From assembly GCA_000146465.1 (NCBI GenBank), contig CP001949.1: a stretch of DNA of 64,000 nucleotides. One strand, written 5' to 3'. Below, piece by piece: positions 61,768 to 64,000 of this stretch (the stretch's first letter is position 1; every line of letters starts with the position of its first letter). The position numbers and the translations under genes were made by a program. Under the pieces are notes generated by a model. It made no database searches, was not told where the DNA came from, and worked only from the letters and a program-made list of their open reading frames with translations.

Positions 61768-63369
61768 TTATTTCTTCTCAAGGAACACAGAAGGTACCGG
61801 CATTCCATCGACAATAAGGTGGCATATGTATCTAGCAAAGCTTTCATCTGCACAGTCATTAAGAAACAATTCTATGCCTTCGTCGTTGGAATAGCTAAGC
61901 TTTTCTATCTTACAATAGGGACCCATCATGGAAGAAAGATATACCCACTTGTCTGTGTCGAGGAGTTCCTTGTTCAACTTTGCAAGGTAGAATGTGACAA
62001 GGGGATAGATGTACACAAGGCAGGAGAATATGGACTCTATAGCCGGGCGAGGGCCCTTATCAATGGAGATAAGCTTGATGCAGGCATCATGAAATCTATC
62101 TAAAAACCCAGCATCTATAAGCATAGAGAACTTGGACTGGTCTTTGATTGCTGATGAGAGAAATATTGTAAGGGAAATCAAGAGAGGTATATGATCCGGG
62201 TTTCCAAAGAACAGGTCTATAAGTGTGAAATAAACTTCTTTTTGGAATATCTCATCCATAAGGAGATCCAGCTGTCCCACCATTAGTCTTATGTAGAGGA
62301 CTAGCTTGGAGTCCACTCTTTTGAATTCGGGAACTTCTAGCTTAGGGCATCTCCGAGAACAATTTAGGATCTCAATTATGTCGTATATTTGCTTGAATTC
62401 CGAATACGACTCCTCTTTAAGGAACATAGAAATGAGCTTTTCTCCCCCAGACACTATCTCGTCGTGGAAGAAATCTTCTTCATCGCTGGACATCGACCCG
62501 CTGTCGTCGCCTATCCAGTCTGCAAGAAGCAACATCTTTAATGCAACATAACACTTTCTTTCGATAAGGACAGACACAGGACGTGAGTCCTTCAGCAGCA
62601 TGGCCAGCTTCTGCATGTTAAGGCCCTTCAGCCCAAGCAGAATCGAAAAGAGATTCAATGCCGGTTCAAACCAAAGTAAACCCAGAAAGGAGTTGACAAA
62701 GCGACCATCAAGAGCCTCTGTCATGTAATGGGGATGGATCCGAAAGTGAAAAGCTAGAACCTCAAAAAAGTATGCAAGAACCTTTGACGTGGAGTTGAAA
62801 ACAAAATATTCCAAATCTTCCTCATCTCCGAAGTATTCGCTGATTTCGAAATTTCTGAGAATTTCCCTTGTCTTTGTTCTATCATCTGAATCTTCTGTAT
62901 CCGAAGTGTTTTCCCGGAATTCTCCAACAGATCCAAATAAAGCATCCTTGCTTCTTCTTATCCATTCCTCTTTCGTCATAGGATACACGCATTCGGAAGA
63001 GCATCCCAAGGAACGGCTCGAGGCATCTTCAATTGAGAGATCTCCTCTATTCCCCTCGTCCCCACCAGAGCCATTGCTTCCAAAGTCAATTATCCGTATG
63101 AAAACACTCATCTTCTGATAGAACGCAAAGTTGAATCGGCTATTTTCTGTGCATAAGCATTCGCTAACAAGAGCAATGTCTCGGAAATAGCAGAAGTTAA
63201 ACACAAGATAGTCCAAGTGGTAGATCATGTAATTTGTAATCATTGGCTTTTTAAGCTTGAACTGTGTTAAAGATCTTTGGAGAATGTTATGGAATCGCTT
63301 CTGGTCCACGTCAGGATACATCGAACTATTCCCCATCAATTCCAAATTTGATGGGCTTTTCCTTCTCAC
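61768..63369 (-). CDS. Hypothetical protein (533 aa)
   Basis: ORF only. Confidence 0.4.
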   Translation of the reverse strand: MRRKSPSNLELMGNSSMYPDVDQKRFHNILQRSLTQFKLKKPMITNYMIYHLDYLVFNFCYFRDIALVSECLCTENSRFNFAFYQKMSVFIRIIDFGSNGSGGDEGNRGDLSIEDASSRSLGCSSECVYPMTKEEWIRRSKDALFGSVGEFRENTSDTEDSDDRTKTREILRNFEISEYFGDEEDLEYFVFNSTSKVLAYFFEVLAFHFRIHPHYMTEALDGRFVNSFLGLLWFEPALNLFSILLGLKGLNMQKLAMLLKDSRPVSVLIERKCYVALKMLLLADWIGDDSGSMSSDEEDFFHDEIVSGGEKLISMFLKEESYSEFKQIYDIIEILNCSRRCPKLEVPEFKRVDSKLVLYIRLMVGQLDLLMDEIFQKEVYFTLIDLFFGNPDHIPLLISLTIFLSSAIKDQSKFSMLIDAGFLDRFHDACIKLISIDKGPRPAIESIFSCLVYIYPLVTFYLAKLNKELLDTDKWVYLSSMMGPYCKIEKLSYSNDEGIELFLNDCADESFARYICHLIVDGMPVPSVFLEKK

Positions 63370-63381
63370 AATAAAACATAA

Positions 63382-64000
63382 CTAGCATATCTCTTCATCT
63401 TCGGGCTCTTCTCTTCTTAATATCAAATATCTTACCTTCTCTTCTTCACATATTTCCTTGAACTTAGGGAAGCACTCGCTTCTTATAATCACGTAGCCAT
63501 CATGCACTTCTCCATTCCTCCTAGCAAACTCCATAATCTTATCATTTCCTCCAACACTGACTCTTATTCCAACCCTTTCAAATCCTATCTTCTCCAGCTT
63601 GCTCAGTATCTCTTGGGACTGCTTCTTACTATTTCCGATGTATATGTTGTGCACTTTGTTTATCGCCTCCCTCAAAGAAGCCTCATTAAGATGCCTTCCC
63701 CCTCTAGTCACTTTGTTCCGAAGAAACTCAATAATCTCCCGCTCCGTCTTTTCTTGCTCGTAAGCCCTAGTCACTTCACTCTTCTGTTCGTGTCCACTAT
63801 TCAATATTTCAAGAACTATCTCTTCGTGCGTCTTATTAAATAAGTCCAGATCCGCTTGCTTAGCTATCTCTCCCTTTGACACACTCCGATAAATCGTATC
63901 CGTAAGAAGAATCTCGCTCAAAGGTGTTGCCATTCCATTTCTATATTCGTAAAGCTTGTTGGGGTAAACTCCTAGTTCATACTTCCTCCCAAACTTTCTA
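63382..64000 (-). CDS. SDO1: SBDS/Sdo1 ribosome maturation factor; N-terminus truncated by the window end
   Basis: VSKGEIAKQADL..., NSKKQSQEILSKLEKIGFERVGIRVSV are collinear with SBDS. The reading frame stays open upstream of the Met at 63933 to position 64000. Confidence 0.7.
   Translation of the reverse strand, partial: RKFGRKYELGVYPNKLYEYRNGMATPLSEILLTDTIYRSVSKGEIAKQADLDLFNKTHEEIVLEILNSGHEQKSEVTRAYEQEKTEREIIEFLRNKVTRGGRHLNEASLREAINKVHNIYIGNSKKQSQEILSKLEKIGFERVGIRVSVGGNDKIMEFARRNGEVHDGYVIIRSECFPKFKEICEEEKVRYLILRREEPEDEEIC

Noticed and set aside
1-64000. Prokaryotic-style systems (operons, CRISPR arrays, defence islands, IS elements)
   Set aside because: Gene content, introns, ribosomal-protein types, WD40/bromodomain/coatomer/proteasome genes and monocistronic divergent organisation are all eukaryotic. 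I see no direct-repeat arrays or transposase-like ORFs.

Overview
This window is gene-dense, intron-poor eukaryotic DNA, and the gene content points to a microsporidian-like parasite genome, possibly Encephalitozoon-like. The evidence for that assignment is: a plastid/Rickettsia-type ADP/ATP translocase (NTT); intergenic spacers of 40-250 bp; divergent gene pairs only 46-57 bp apart; convergent genes whose 3' ends overlap; a recurrent AAAATTT...CCC signal just upstream of start codons; and ultra-short 23-24 nt introns with a GTAAGTG...TAATTTTAG architecture. I can support about 62 protein-coding genes, roughly one per kb. They are mostly housekeeping genes: ribosomal proteins S25 (two copies), S13, L23 and L10; Dbp2 helicase; Elp3; coatomer beta and beta'; a RACK1-like WD40 protein; a Chl1-like Fe-S helicase; Trm112; Trm1; Pus10; two tandem Rpp30-like genes; DRG GTPase; a PP4R3/SMEK-like protein; GGTase-II beta; ceramide synthase; a GATA factor; a RING-H2 protein; a SAC phosphatase; two DHHC palmitoyltransferases; an SPX-EXS protein; a Snf1/MARK-type kinase; RRS1; V-ATPase subunit d; a bromodomain protein; a proteasome alpha subunit; and SBDS. 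I found no rRNA or tRNA genes, no CRISPR array and no recognisable transposon. The items worth a second look are: (i) three near-identical ultra-short introns, two of which turn 'separate' ORFs into one membrane protein and one of which reveals a small gene with a 20-nt first exon; (ii) a ~404-bp inverted repeat that carries two identical RPS25 copies flanking RPS13; (iii) tandem divergent Rpp30 paralogs; (iv) a kinase-fold protein lacking the catalytic motifs I can see; (v) a signal-peptide protein with a Gly/Arg/Tyr-rich tail; and (vi) a convergent pair of signal-peptide CxxS glutaredoxins. All functional calls are my own pattern recognition on the translated ORFs; I could run no searches.
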